Shown: positions 1 to 9,476, numbered from the stretch's first letter. The stretch: DNA of 64,000 nucleotides from Verrucomicrobiia bacterium (GCA_036501625.1 DASXZY010000042.1:1929-65928); one strand, 5' to 3'. Translations and numbers: made by a program. The notes: a model not told the origin generated them from the letters alone.

Positions 1-227
1 TGTTGTCGGCGTCGCCAGCGGCGGAAATCAAGGGGTTGCGCGTGGAGGCTCCTCTCCGAACCACCCCAACCTGGGAACAATTTCAAGCCATAGTTGCAAA
101 CATCCGTTCCCAGAAGTTTAGCGATACCGCCGAGGACTCCAAAACGTGTCCCGATGAGTCAAACGCAAGCCAGCCGGGGCGGCGAATGAGCTGGGCGGGC
201 GTTGACGCGGCGGTTTGGCAACTCTAA
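1..227 (+). pseudogene. Tyrosine-recombinase (phage-type integrase) N-terminal fragment, cut by window edge and premature stop
   Basis: Frame is open from base 3 to the stop at 225-227. The translation (..LRTTPTWEQFQAIVANIRSQKFSDTAEDS..MSWAGVDAAVWQL*) resembles the N-terminal core-binding part of tyrosine integrases. It ends long before any catalytic R/HxxR/Y region, and an unrelated gene starts at 229. Confidence 0.3.
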
Positions 228-228
228 C

Positions 229-2547
229 ATGCGCGCACTCTATATGCCTAATGGATTAAACTTCAGCCGGAGAATTTTAGCATTTGCGGTTCTCATCCTC
301 TGCCCGCTGGCTTTGTTCGCGGGGGACAATCCGTTCGCCGCGGAGAATGATGTGGCGTGGCGCGGGTTGGGCACGAATGAGAATAGTTCCATGCCCATTG
401 GAAATGGTGACATCGCGGCCAATGTCTGGACGCAACAAAATGGCGACATCGTTCTCCTCGTGGCCAAGGCGGATGCATGGAGCGAAAACGGGCAGTTGCT
501 CAAACTGGGGCGTGTGCGCGTCAAGCTGGCGCCCAATCCATTCGCCTCGCCGGCGGACGTGACGCAAACTCTCAAATTGGAATCGGGCGAGGTCGAGCTT
601 CAATCTGGACGGAATGTCGCGCGGATTTATGTGGATGCGAACCAACCGGTGGTGCGAGTGGAATTGCAAACGGAAACGCCGGTGCAATTGGAGGCGAAGG
701 GGGAATTGTGGCGCGTTAAACAGTATCATCTCGCGCCGCGCGAAGTCTCGCGGGATGGGTTTTTTGAATGGGGGAACAATCCCGACGGCCTTGCTTTCCT
801 CCCTGACACAGTGCTGCCGGCGCGAAACGATTGCGCCGCGTGGTGCCATTTTGATTCCAACAGCATTTACCCGCTGGTTTTTGAACGGGAGCATTTGGAA
901 TCGCTTTTGCCAAAGTATCCCGATCCTCTTTTGCACCGCTGCTTTGGCCTCGCCATGAAAGGGCCGGGGCTGGCCGCCGCCGATGACTTGACACTCAAGA
1001 GCGCCAAAGCCTCGACATCCATGCGGCTCGAAATATACGGACTGACGCGGCAAACGGAGTCGCCTGAAAGCTGGGGCGCCGCGATGGCCGAAACGATCTC
1101 GCCGTCGGAGGCCGTCCGCGGCGCGGCCGCGCGCGAGGAGCATGTGCGATGGTGGCGGGACTTCTGGAATCGAAGCTGGATTCACGTGGCCGGCACGCCC
1201 GAAGCGGCGAAGGTTTCCCAAAGTTACGCCATGCAGCGTTACATGACGGCGTGCGCGGGGCGGGGCGCGCAACCGATCAAATTCAACGGCTCGCTTTTCA
1301 CGGTGGGGCATGATTTGCCGGATGGCGTGACGTCTTCGGAACAGGAGCACGATCCTGATTTTCGAGCCTGGGGCGCCTCGTTTTGGAACCAGAACACCCG
1401 CTTTATTTACTGGCCCCTGCTGGCTTCCGGCGATGACGACCTGCTCGCGCCGTGGTTCAACATGTATGTCCATGCGCTGCCGCTGGCCAAGGATCGGACC
1501 CAGGCTTATTTTCATCATGGCGGCGGCGCGTTCATGGAAACGATTTACTTTTGGGGATTGCCAAACGTGAACGATTTTGGCTGGAACCACAAAGGGCCTG
1601 ATTTGGAAAGCCCATGGATGCGCTACCACATTCAGGGCGGATTGGAAGTCGTGGCGCAAATGCTGGACTATTATGATGACACGCAACAGGCCGATTTCGC
1701 GCGGCAATCCTTGCTGCCCATGGCCGATGCCGTGGTGGCTTATTACGACGAGCATTGGCCGCGCGGCCCCGGCGGCAAAATTGACATGTACCCATCGCAA
1801 TCCATTGAGACTTACCAGGTCAACGCGCGCAATCCGACCCCGGATCTCGCGGGCCTGATGACCGTCCTGCCGCGCCTGCTGGCCCTGCCTGACAGCGTGA
1901 CCGCCGCCGCGCAGCGCGAACGCTGGGCCAAAGTTCTGAAAGACCTGCCGCCGCTTCCGTGGGCCATCACGGACACCGGCAAAATTCCGGCCAACGGCAA
2001 GGGCAGCCTCACTGGCCGGCTCGTCATTCTGCCGGCGGAATCCTACGGCGCCCCCAAAAACCACGAGAACCCGGAGCTTTACACGGTCTTTCCCTACGGC
2101 ATTTACGGCGTTGGCAAAACCAACCTGGGTCTCGCGCGCGACACCTTCGCGGCGCGGCTGTATCCGTTCAACAAATGCTGGGGGCAGGATGGCGTGGAAT
2201 CGGCCATGCTCGGCCTGCCGCTCGAAGCGAAAAAAGCGGTGATCCAGGAATTCACGTCCTACGGCGGCCAGCGGTTTCCGTGGTTTTGGTCGAAGAACAG
2301 CGATTGGATTCCCGACATGGACGACGGCGGCGCGGGCATGATGACGCTGCAACTCATGCTCATGCAATGCGACGGACGGCGCATTCAAATGCTGCCCGCC
2401 TGGCCGCCAGAATGGACGGCCGATTTCAAGTTGCGCGCCCCCTGCCAGACGGCGGTGGAAGGCCGGGTTGAACACGGGAAATTTGAGGTGAAAACCATCC
2501 CCGCGAGCAGAGGTGATGATGTGGTGGCGGCCGGGACGACCCCCTAA
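229..2547 (+). CDS. Secreted GH95-like glycoside hydrolase family protein (DUF5703-type N-terminus)
   Basis: 781-aa ORF (track start is TTG at 202; the ATG at 229 is preferred). It has a hydrophobic signal-like segment (ILAFAVLILCPLALFA). The motif SSMPIGNGDIAANVW and the ~770 aa size fit the GH95/DUF5703 fold family. The antisense 732-aa ORF is Arg/Pro-rich junk. Confidence 0.75.
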   Translation: MRALYMPNGLNFSRRILAFAVLILCPLALFAGDNPFAAENDVAWRGLGTNENSSMPIGNGDIAANVWTQQNGDIVLLVAKADAWSENGQLLKLGRVRVKLAPNPFASPADVTQTLKLESGEVELQSGRNVARIYVDANQPVVRVELQTETPVQLEAKGELWRVKQYHLAPREVSRDGFFEWGNNPDGLAFLPDTVLPARNDCAAWCHFDSNSIYPLVFEREHLESLLPKYPDPLLHRCFGLAMKGPGLAAADDLTLKSAKASTSMRLEIYGLTRQTESPESWGAAMAETISPSEAVRGAAAREEHVRWWRDFWNRSWIHVAGTPEAAKVSQSYAMQRYMTACAGRGAQPIKFNGSLFTVGHDLPDGVTSSEQEHDPDFRAWGASFWNQNTRFIYWPLLASGDDDLLAPWFNMYVHALPLAKDRTQAYFHHGGGAFMETIYFWGLPNVNDFGWNHKGPDLESPWMRYHIQGGLEVVAQMLDYYDDTQQADFARQSLLPMADAVVAYYDEHWPRGPGGKIDMYPSQSIETYQVNARNPTPDLAGLMTVLPRLLALPDSVTAAAQRERWAKVLKDLPPLPWAITDTGKIPANGKGSLTGRLVILPAESYGAPKNHENPELYTVFPYGIYGVGKTNLGLARDTFAARLYPFNKCWGQDGVESAMLGLPLEAKKAVIQEFTSYGGQRFPWFWSKNSDWIPDMDDGGAGMMTLQLMLMQCDGRRIQMLPAWPPEWTADFKLRAPCQTAVEGRVEHGKFEVKTIPASRGDDVVAAGTTP

Positions 2548-3098
2548 TTCGGCTTGGCGGGTGCGTTGGTGCCGGAGGTGTCGGCTTGGAGTTTGTTGAA
2601 ACGGCGGACAAGATCGTTGTATTTTTCCGCGAGGGCGTTGCGCTCGTTCATGCCGTCGTTCAATTTCTGGATGGCGCCGTCGCGTTCGGACAACAATTTT
2701 TTGATGGCGTCGTTTTGCTTTTCGATGCCCGCATTGGCCTCCTTGAGCCTGGCCTCCAATTGATCCACCACCGCTTTGTACTGGCTGATTTCGTTGCTTG
2801 ACACATCGGCGGCCAGGCGCAGCCGGTTGATCTCGTGCTTTTGTTCGAGGATCGTTTGCTCATGGCCCGCGGCGGTTTGCTTCAATTCGTTGACACGAGT
2901 GGAGAGGCCCGCGATTTCGGCGTCCATGCTTTTGATGGAGTTGGTGAAGCCTTGAATGGCGGAGTCGCGCGCGAAAAGGGCCTTTTGCAAAGCGGCGCCC
3001 CCGCTGTGAAGGGCGGTTTGCACATGCCATTGCCACGCGCACAAACCGCATAGCGCGAAGGCCAGGACAACCAGCAGATTTTGCAGAAAATATTTCAT
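2544..3098 (-). CDS. Membrane-anchored coiled-coil protein, last gene of the TonB operon
   Basis: 184 aa with an N-terminal TM helix (LLVVLAFALCGLCAW) followed by a heptad-rich, Q/E/K/L coiled-coil-like sequence. Its start codon overlaps the exbD stop (ATGA at 3095-3098), implying translational coupling. Confidence 0.7.
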   Translation of the reverse strand: MKYFLQNLLVVLAFALCGLCAWQWHVQTALHSGGAALQKALFARDSAIQGFTNSIKSMDAEIAGLSTRVNELKQTAAGHEQTILEQKHEINRLRLAADVSSNEISQYKAVVDQLEARLKEANAGIEKQNDAIKKLLSERDGAIQKLNDGMNERNALAEKYNDLVRRFNKLQADTSGTNAPAKPN

Positions 3099-3517
3099 GG
3101 CGCGGTCGAGGAATCGGCATTGACGGAAAAGGCGACGCGGCGCGCGCCCGACCGCCGCACGAAATCCAGCACGTAGATCATCTGGCCGTGGGTGGAATCG
3201 CGGCTGCCGCTGAGATAGACGGGGACATTCGTATTGACGCTGAGGCGCGCGGACAGCAGGCGGCCCAATTCTGGAAAGCTCAGGGCTTTGCCATCGACGG
3301 ACACCTGCCCGTAGGGATCAACCTTAAGTTTGAGCATGTCGGGCTTGGCCGATGAAGTGATTTGGGTGGCCGTGGGAAGGCTGGCTTTGATCGTGCGCAC
3401 TTTCTGCATTTGCAGGCTGACCATCATGAAGGAAGCGAGCAGGAAAAACATGATGTCAATCAGCGGGATGATCTCCAGCCGCGTGCGCCGGCGGGCCAAT
3501 GGCGAGCGTATTTTCAT
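3095..3517 (-). CDS. exbD: Biopolymer transport protein ExbD/TolR (copy 2)
   Basis: The track ORF 3095-4075 is over-extended. The internal ATG at 3517 gives 140 aa starting MKIRSPLARRRTRLEIIPLIDIMFFLLASFMMVS, the canonical ExbD N-terminus and TM. ATGA overlap with the upstream exbD (3514-3517). Confidence 0.9.
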   Translation of the reverse strand: MKIRSPLARRRTRLEIIPLIDIMFFLLASFMMVSLQMQKVRTIKASLPTATQITSSAKPDMLKLKVDPYGQVSVDGKALSFPELGRLLSARLSVNTNVPVYLSGSRDSTHGQMIYVLDFVRRSGARRVAFSVNADSSTAP

Positions 3518-3939
3518 GGGTTGTCCGCGTTCGTCGCGTTCTCGACCATGAAGGCCACGCGCTGCACGCCCGCGCGCCGCACGGCCTCGAGCACGCCGCA
3601 CATGTCGCCGTGCCGCGTGGCCGTGTCGCCGCTGATGTAAACCGGCACGTTCGTATCCAGGCGGAAGCGGTTGCTCACCGCGGCATTCAATTGGGCCAGA
3701 GTCATGTTTGTTTTTTCGAGCCACGCCTTGCCGGCGGCGTCCACCGCGATGTTGATCATGTCCGGCTTGAAATCGGCGCGCGCGGTCATCGCGGCGGGCG
3801 GGTGAACTTTGATGTTTTGCGTGCGGGCCAATTGCAGGCTGACCATCATGAACGACGCCAGCAGAAAGAACATGATGTCGATCAACGGAATGATCTCGAT
3901 CCGCGAATGCCGGCGCTTGATGGGCGAGGGGAGCTTCAT
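3514..3939 (-). CDS. exbD: Biopolymer transport protein ExbD/TolR (copy 1)
   Basis: 141 aa starting MKLPSPIKRRHSRIEIIPLIDIMFFLLASFMMVS, a paralogue of the downstream copy. 4-nt overlap with exbB (3936-3939). Confidence 0.9.
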   Translation of the reverse strand: MKLPSPIKRRHSRIEIIPLIDIMFFLLASFMMVSLQLARTQNIKVHPPAAMTARADFKPDMINIAVDAAGKAWLEKTNMTLAQLNAAVSNRFRLDTNVPVYISGDTATRHGDMCGVLEAVRRAGVQRVAFMVENATNADNP

Positions 3940-4547
3940 TTGAGCCGCTTGACCATGACCTCGACATTGGTCGCCGCCGCCTCCAATTCAAATTCCAGCC
4001 TCGCCACCCGCGCGCTGAAGAAATTGTAGGGCACCAGCGAAACAATGGCGATGCCCAGGCCGCACGCGGTGGCAATCAGCGCCTCGCCAATGCCGCCCGT
4101 CACGCTGACGACCGACAACTCGGCGCTGCCGACGCTCATGAACGCCCGCATCAGGCCCGTCACCGTCCCCAGCAATCCCAGCAGCGGCGCGAGCGTGACC
4201 AGCGTGTCCATGACGGTCAGGAACCGGCCCGCCCGCTCCAATTCGATGCCCGCGCCCAGCTCCAGCGCGCCTTGCAGGGAGGTGTGCGCGTGATTCAATC
4301 CGCTGTAGATCATGCGCACGACCGGATCGCGCGAGTCTTGGGCGAGTTTGCAGGCGGCGGGCATGTCTCCGTTGTCAAGCGCAGCGAGAACTTCTTCGAG
4401 CTTGCGGGGATCGCGCCGGGCGGCCTCGCGCATCCACCAGAACGCGCGTTCGCCCACCACGGCCACGGCCACCAGGGCGCAGAGGGCGATCGGGTACATC
4501 ATCGGCCCGCCCTCCATGAAGTATTGAAATGCGATATTTGCCATCAT
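3936..4547 (-). CDS. exbB: MotA/TolQ/ExbB proton-channel protein
   Basis: 203 aa with three TM segments. Conserved C-terminal half LAPLLGLLGTVTGLMRAF..GGIGEALIATACGLGIAI typical of ExbB/TolQ. Confidence 0.9.
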   Translation of the reverse strand: MMANIAFQYFMEGGPMMYPIALCALVAVAVVGERAFWWMREAARRDPRKLEEVLAALDNGDMPAACKLAQDSRDPVVRMIYSGLNHAHTSLQGALELGAGIELERAGRFLTVMDTLVTLAPLLGLLGTVTGLMRAFMSVGSAELSVVSVTGGIGEALIATACGLGIAIVSLVPYNFFSARVARLEFELEAAATNVEVMVKRLK

Positions 4548-4574
4548 AATTTTTTATAACAATTGGCGTCTCGT

Positions 4575-5294
4575 TTATTGCTGCCGCAACACAAACTGAA
4601 TGGGCGCGTAAATCTTGTGATTGCCATTGAGAGGCGGCTGCATCCAACGGCGCTCAACCCATTTTCGGGCGGCTGTGTCCAGGATGATTGAGCCGGAGGA
4701 TTTATAAATCTCGGCGGACATGACAGCGCCAGAATCATTGACTGTCAAGAGCAGGATGACCGTGCCCTGCTGGCCCAATTGCCGCGCGATCGGCGGATAC
4801 TCCGGCGCGGGACGCAAGCCGCCGCTGCCCGTGCTTTGCACAACGGCCGGCGTGTCATTCGTGGCCGGCGCCGTTTTCTTTGCCCCATTCCCGCCGCGGC
4901 CGCCACCGCCGCCGGCAGCCGGAGCCTGCGCGAGGGACAAGGGCACGACCAAATCGCCGACCGTGGGCACGGCGAAGTTGATGGCCGGGGTGTCGATCAC
5001 CACGGGTTGAATGGCGGGCGCCCGCGGTTTTTCGCTGTCATCCTGGTTTTCCGTTTCCGCCGCCGCTGCCGCGGGCGGGGCGGGCGTTGGTTCGACCAGA
5101 ACCGCCACCGGCTGTTCCAAGGGCGGCACCGGAATGCTCCCAGGCATCGTGGATTGCGCGCCCAATATCCCGATGACCAGGAACAACAGGCTGATGGAAT
5201 TGGCCCACGCCAGCCGGCGCGGCACGGCCCGTCGTGGCGCGGGCAGGCAAACTCGCGCCAACTCAGATTTTAATTGATAACCGGTTTCTGCCAT
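4575..5294 (-). CDS. tonB: Energy transducer TonB
   Basis: 239 aa with an N-terminal TM anchor, a Pro/Ala-rich spacer (PTPAPPAAAAAE..) and a TonB C-terminal domain motif (PEYPPIARQLGQQGTVILLLTVNDSGAV). Confidence 0.85.
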   Translation of the reverse strand: MAETGYQLKSELARVCLPAPRRAVPRRLAWANSISLLFLVIGILGAQSTMPGSIPVPPLEQPVAVLVEPTPAPPAAAAAETENQDDSEKPRAPAIQPVVIDTPAINFAVPTVGDLVVPLSLAQAPAAGGGGGRGGNGAKKTAPATNDTPAVVQSTGSGGLRPAPEYPPIARQLGQQGTVILLLTVNDSGAVMSAEIYKSSGSIILDTAARKWVERRWMQPPLNGNHKIYAPIQFVLRQQ

Positions 5295-5303
5295 TTGTGC
5301 TGT

Positions 5304-7478
5304 CTAAAATATATAGCTGATGGAGCCAAAAATCCCGCGTCTTTCGCCATATTGCGGCGCATTGACCCCGACCCCGCTGCCAGTGCGCAACGGATAGACG
5401 GCGTCGCCCACGTTGACCACGTCTACGCGCACCTTCAAAAGCGACCGGCCCGGAAGGCGGAAGCTTTCTTCCAGCCCTGCCGCCACCGAATCGTATGCGC
5501 CTACGGAGGAACCGTTGGGAACCGGCACAGCGCTGCCAGCGCTGATTGGGTCGCCGTCCTGGCGCAATCCGCTGCCATAGAGGGCATCCACAAAAACTCG
5601 CGTGGCGAAACGCCTGCCCTCGTTCCAAACATACGCCGCGCCAAAGGAGCCCGTCACGCGCTGGTCGTGATCGAGGTAAATCCAATGGCCATTGACATAG
5701 TTGACAGTCGTTTGGTCCGGCCACAAAAACTGGGCCGAGGCCGTGCCCATCCCTTGCGCGACCGAATAGGCCACGTTCGCGTAGGAGGAAAAGCCGCCAT
5801 GCTCGTAATTGACCGTGAATTCGACCCCGCGCACACGGCCGCGATCGTAGTTGAATGAGGAAAGGATCAACGACTGGCCGAAGAACCCGTCGTCCAATTG
5901 ATTTTGCGCGGTCTTGTAATAGCCATCCACACCCAGCGTCAAACCGGGCACGAACGGCACTTTCTGGCTGATGCCCGCGTCATAATAATTGGCCCGCTCG
6001 GCCCGCACCGGCGAGGCTTGGGAGACGCTCGTCTCGGCCGATGTATTGGCAAAGGCGGCAATGTCGGAGGCGGGAACGGTCTCCAGCGGCGGCGGCGTGA
6101 AGTAACGCGAATAACCAATGTGGAGCGTGGTTGTGTCAAACGGCTTGTAAACCAAATTGGCGCGCGGGCTGAGTTGGTTTTCGTCGTCGCTGGTCGCGGA
6201 ATAAACATCGAATCTTGCGCCGTAATTCAAGGTGAGCGGCTTGACGATCTTCCACTCATCCTGCAAATAAACGCCCGCGAAAATCGCGTGCGTCCATTCA
6301 TTTTGATGGACGGTTCCAATAAAGGGCGCGCCCGTGTCGAAGTTCTCAATGACCGTGGTGTAAGTATCCGCCTGCACGGCCTCGTCCAGAAACGCCGCGC
6401 CGGCGCGAATGGTGTGGTGTTCGCCCCATTGGTAACTGCCATCGAATTGGCCGCCGCCGGAATATAGGAACCGGTTTTCATCCGTCGCCACGCCGCTGTT
6501 GAATTCGAGATCGGCTGGAATGTCATCGGGCATGTAATGCGCGCCGCTGGCCCGGCCGTAAACGGAGAACTGGCCGTTGAAATCGCCGGCAGATTTTTGA
6601 TAAGCCGCCACGCCGTAATAATTTTGCTCGGTTTGATTGTCGTTTAGCGCCGTCGGGGAGAGGCTCGGCAGCGCGGGGCCGTTGGAGGGATAATTCGGTG
6701 TGAGGTTCGGGCTGATGGGGATTTCAAAGGTGGCGTAATTCGCGCTGCCCATCAGCACCAGGCGGCTGCTCGCGTCAATCAAATAGGAACCGTAAAGAAA
6801 AGTTCGATATTGATCGGTGTAATCGTGGATCGGCACGGAACTAGGCGTTGGGTCTTCAATGCCAATGTTGTTATGATCGTAGCTGCCGTCAACGTAATAG
6901 GTCCATTTGCCCGAAGCGCCTTGATATTGGAAGCTGGGACGGATGGTGTCGTAACTGCCGCCATATAGCTCGGCCGAACCGCCATTGGTGATCGCGCTGC
7001 CTTTGGTTTGAATATCGACAATGCCGGCGGTGCGAAACCCGTATTCGGCCGGCAGCGAACCAGTAATGAGTTGCAAATCCTTGACGAAACGCGGATCCAA
7101 TTCGTTGCCGAATCCTGTGATGCCCTCCGGCAGGAGCACGTCGTCGATCCTATATTGCAAATTGGCGTGCTCGCCGCGCAGGTGAACCTGCCCCAGGGAA
7201 TCCTCCGCCATGCCGGGCACCCGCAGGAGCACTTGCTGGAACGGGGCGTTGTCGCCCTGCGCGATGTTCGCGATTTGCTGCGCCGAAATGGCATAGGAAG
7301 TCGCGCCGACGCTGGTGAGAATCTGGCTGCGCGCCTGGTTTAACTGGCCCTCCACCGTCACCGTGCTCAAAACATTCGTTGCTGAGAGGTCATTTGCCGC
7401 CTGTCCCAGCGCGGAAACGGCGGCCATCGAGCCGCACGCCCACGCGATGCCCAAAATATGCTTCTTCGTTGTATTCAT
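5304..7478 (-). CDS. TonB-dependent outer-membrane receptor
   Basis: 724 aa with a signal peptide, a plug-domain start (LSTVTVEGQ..), alternating beta-strand pattern and a terminal aromatic residue (..SISYIF). First gene of the tonB-exbBDD operon. Confidence 0.9.
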   Translation of the reverse strand: MNTTKKHILGIAWACGSMAAVSALGQAANDLSATNVLSTVTVEGQLNQARSQILTSVGATSYAISAQQIANIAQGDNAPFQQVLLRVPGMAEDSLGQVHLRGEHANLQYRIDDVLLPEGITGFGNELDPRFVKDLQLITGSLPAEYGFRTAGIVDIQTKGSAITNGGSAELYGGSYDTIRPSFQYQGASGKWTYYVDGSYDHNNIGIEDPTPSSVPIHDYTDQYRTFLYGSYLIDASSRLVLMGSANYATFEIPISPNLTPNYPSNGPALPSLSPTALNDNQTEQNYYGVAAYQKSAGDFNGQFSVYGRASGAHYMPDDIPADLEFNSGVATDENRFLYSGGGQFDGSYQWGEHHTIRAGAAFLDEAVQADTYTTVIENFDTGAPFIGTVHQNEWTHAIFAGVYLQDEWKIVKPLTLNYGARFDVYSATSDDENQLSPRANLVYKPFDTTTLHIGYSRYFTPPPLETVPASDIAAFANTSAETSVSQASPVRAERANYYDAGISQKVPFVPGLTLGVDGYYKTAQNQLDDGFFGQSLILSSFNYDRGRVRGVEFTVNYEHGGFSSYANVAYSVAQGMGTASAQFLWPDQTTVNYVNGHWIYLDHDQRVTGSFGAAYVWNEGRRFATRVFVDALYGSGLRQDGDPISAGSAVPVPNGSSVGAYDSVAAGLEESFRLPGRSLLKVRVDVVNVGDAVYPLRTGSGVGVNAPQYGERRGIFGSISYIF

Positions 7479-7604
7479 AAAACTTCATTTTACAAGGGTT
7501 AAAACTTTCCCAAAACTGCGCCCGCCCCGGATTTGCCGGCCGCAACACAATATTGGGCCGTCCAAGGCTTAAACTGCTTTTACGAATGGGGAACTAACGA
7601 AGAA

Positions 7605-7919
7605 TCAGGCGGGAGGACCGCGGCTGGGAAGCAAATGAACGTCCGCGGAAATAAAATCGGCGCTGCGGGCCGTTAATTGATAACCAAAAACCGGCCGGGT
7701 GATCGCGGCGTTAACGGTCGTGGCTGGAGCATGAACCTGCCCATGCAGGAACATCGTCACCGCGCAATCATGGCCGGGTCTGGCCGCATCATGATGGAAC
7801 CAGGCGTGAACGGAAGGAGCCGCCGCCATGATTTGCACCAGCAGGAAGATGCCCAGGGAAAAAACACCCATGCCGCTTTTCGCGGCGCGCACGAGCCTTT
7901 TGGCAGGCAGCAAAGTCAC
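7605..7919 (-). CDS. Small His/Cys-containing membrane protein upstream of the TonB-dependent receptor (function unknown)
   Basis: 104-aa ORF with one TM helix (MGVFSLGIFLLVQIMAAAP) followed by SVHAWFHHDAARPGHDCAVTMFLHGQVH. Same strand as the receptor and 126 bp upstream of it. The start codon is uncertain. Confidence 0.45.
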   Translation of the reverse strand: MTLLPAKRLVRAAKSGMGVFSLGIFLLVQIMAAAPSVHAWFHHDAARPGHDCAVTMFLHGQVHAPATTVNAAITRPVFGYQLTARSADFISADVHLLPSRGPPA

Positions 7920-7955
7920 GGCGGATACTATGCACGCTTGCCGCGCGTTGGCAAG

Positions 7956-7999
7956 AGAATTCTGGCCGGAGAATTCTTATATGTGACACCAATTGTCAC
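7956..7999. promoter_or_regulatory. Cluster of inverted repeats between the amidohydrolase stop and the TonB-cluster upstream gene (candidate terminator/operator)
   Basis: AGAATTCT-GGCCGG-AGAATTCT at 7956-7977 and GTGACA-ccaat-TGTCAC at 7983-7999. A further TTGCC-n6-GGCAA lies at about 7938-7954. Confidence 0.3.
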
Positions 8000-8925
8000 T
8001 TCAACCCGTAACAGCGGCGCGCGTTTTCGCTGAACAGGCGGCGTTTTTCTCCGTCGGTGCGGCCGCGCGTGATTTCACGCAGCGCGTCCAGCCATCGCCT
8101 CCATCCGCCCGCCAGCAGGCAGACCGGCCAGTCGCCGCCAAACATCACACGCTCAAAACCAAATGCCTCGAACGCGACATCGATAAACGGACGCAATTGC
8201 TCCGCGCGCCAATTTTTCCAATCCGCGCGCGTGATCGCGCCGGAGACCTTGCACGTCACGTTCGGGAACGAAGCCAGCCGGCGCAAATGCTCCGACCACG
8301 GATGAAGCGAGCCGCGCGCGATGTCCGGGACGCCCAAGTGGTCAAGCACAAAATTCACGGCGGGGCATTGCTCCACCAATTTGGCCGCGGCCGAAAGCTG
8401 CTCTTCCCGCGCGCCGATTTCAAAATTCCATCCTTTGGCGCCAACGAGTTTTACGCCCGCGACAAATTCCGGCCGCGCGCAAAAATCCAGCGCGGGTTCG
8501 CCTTGAACCAGCCGGCGCACGCCCTTGACCAGCGGACAGCGCGCCAGTTTTTCAAGAGCCGGGCCGATTTCCGCGGGCTTCTCCACCGGCGCGAAGGCCA
8601 CGACGGCAGCGATGCGCGGTTCCTCGCGGGCGAGCGACGCCACCCAATCCACCTCCTGCCGCGCTTGCTCCGGCCGGCAGTCCGCCTGGACAAAAACGAC
8701 TTTTTCCACGCCGCATCCGGCGGTTTCGCGGAAGTAATCGACCGGCAGCTTGGCGCCGCCGATGGGGGAGCCATTGAGCCACGGATAATCCAGGCGGGCC
8801 GGGTTCCAAAAATGCGCGTGGGAATCGATGACCGGCAACTCAGAATCGGATTCGGCGGGCGCTCCGAGTGTGTCCGCAAGGCCGGCCGCGGCGGCGCACC
8901 GCAAAAACGCGCGGCGCGTCATCAT
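7996..8925 (-). CDS. Tat-exported amidohydrolase-2 family metal-dependent hydrolase
   Basis: Start ATGATG at 8925 gives [17 protein letters not shown] (twin-arginine signal). [17 protein letters not shown] is the amidohydrolase_2 (TIM-barrel lactonase/decarboxylase-like) signature. ATGA overlap with the yjbQ stop. Confidence 0.8.
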   Translation of the reverse strand: MMTRRAFLRCAAAAGLADTLGAPAESDSELPVIDSHAHFWNPARLDYPWLNGSPIGGAKLPVDYFRETAGCGVEKVVFVQADCRPEQARQEVDWVASLAREEPRIAAVVAFAPVEKPAEIGPALEKLARCPLVKGVRRLVQGEPALDFCARPEFVAGVKLVGAKGWNFEIGAREEQLSAAAKLVEQCPAVNFVLDHLGVPDIARGSLHPWSEHLRRLASFPNVTCKVSGAITRADWKNWRAEQLRPFIDVAFEAFGFERVMFGGDWPVCLLAGGWRRWLDALREITRGRTDGEKRRLFSENARRCYGLK

Positions 8926-9368
8926 TCGCCGATGATTTTCACGAGGACGCGCTTGCGCCGGCCGCCATCGAATTCGCCGTAGAAAATTTGTTCCCACGGC
9001 CCGAAATCCAATTTTCCCTTGGTGATGGCCACGACGACTTCGCGGCCCATGATTTGGCGTTTGAGATGGGAATCGGCATTATCTTCGCCGGTGCGGTTAT
9101 GGTGGTATTGGCCGATGGGTTCGTGCGGCGCCAGCTTCTCCAGCCACACCTCGTAATCGTGGTGCAGCCCGCTTTCGTCATCATTGATGAAGACCGAGGC
9201 GCTGATGTGCATGGCATTGACCAGGCAAAGGCCTTCGAGGATGCCGCTTTTTCGCACCAGCTTTTCCACTGAATCAGTAATGTTGACAAACCCCCGCCGT
9301 CCCGGAAGTTCGAACCACAAATAATCCGTCAAAGATTTCACGCCCCCATCCTGCCAAACCGGAGCCAA
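8922..9368 (-). CDS. yjbQ: YjbQ/UPF0047 family protein (secondary thiamine-phosphate synthase-like)
   Basis: 148 aa. [88 protein letters not shown] matches the highly conserved YjbQ family pattern. Confidence 0.85.
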   Translation of the reverse strand: MAPVWQDGGVKSLTDYLWFELPGRRGFVNITDSVEKLVRKSGILEGLCLVNAMHISASVFINDDESGLHHDYEVWLEKLAPHEPIGQYHHNRTGEDNADSHLKRQIMGREVVVAITKGKLDFGPWEQIFYGEFDGGRRKRVLVKIIGE

Positions 9369-9476
9369 TCTGAAAAGGGGCCAGTTGAACGGCGTCCGGA
9401 GCCTTTCTTCTTGTTTCGATTTCCGGGGCGGATATAGGATGCCGCGGCGGCGCGCGGGCGCTGGCAGAATGTTTAA

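Noticed and set aside
277-2475. 732-aa ORF on the minus strand.
   Set aside because: It is antisense to the well-supported GH95-like gene. The translation is Arg/Pro/Gly-rich low-complexity typical of a GC-rich shadow frame. The same reasoning applies to 11391-12437 (+), 14352-15575 (+), 35080-35970 (-), 40611-41378 (-), 42059-42928 (-) and 59152-60468 (-).
3518-4075. N-terminal 186 aa of the 326-aa track ORF 3095-4075.
   Set aside because: This extension overlaps the upstream exbD copy in another frame and is Arg-rich junk. The ExbD homology starts exactly at the internal ATG at 3517.
7479-7604. Possible riboswitch (for example cobalamin) or Fur box in the leader of the TonB-dependent receptor.
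   Set aside because: No B12-box-like GCCACTG core or Fur-like AT-rich palindrome is visible in the 126-nt leader.
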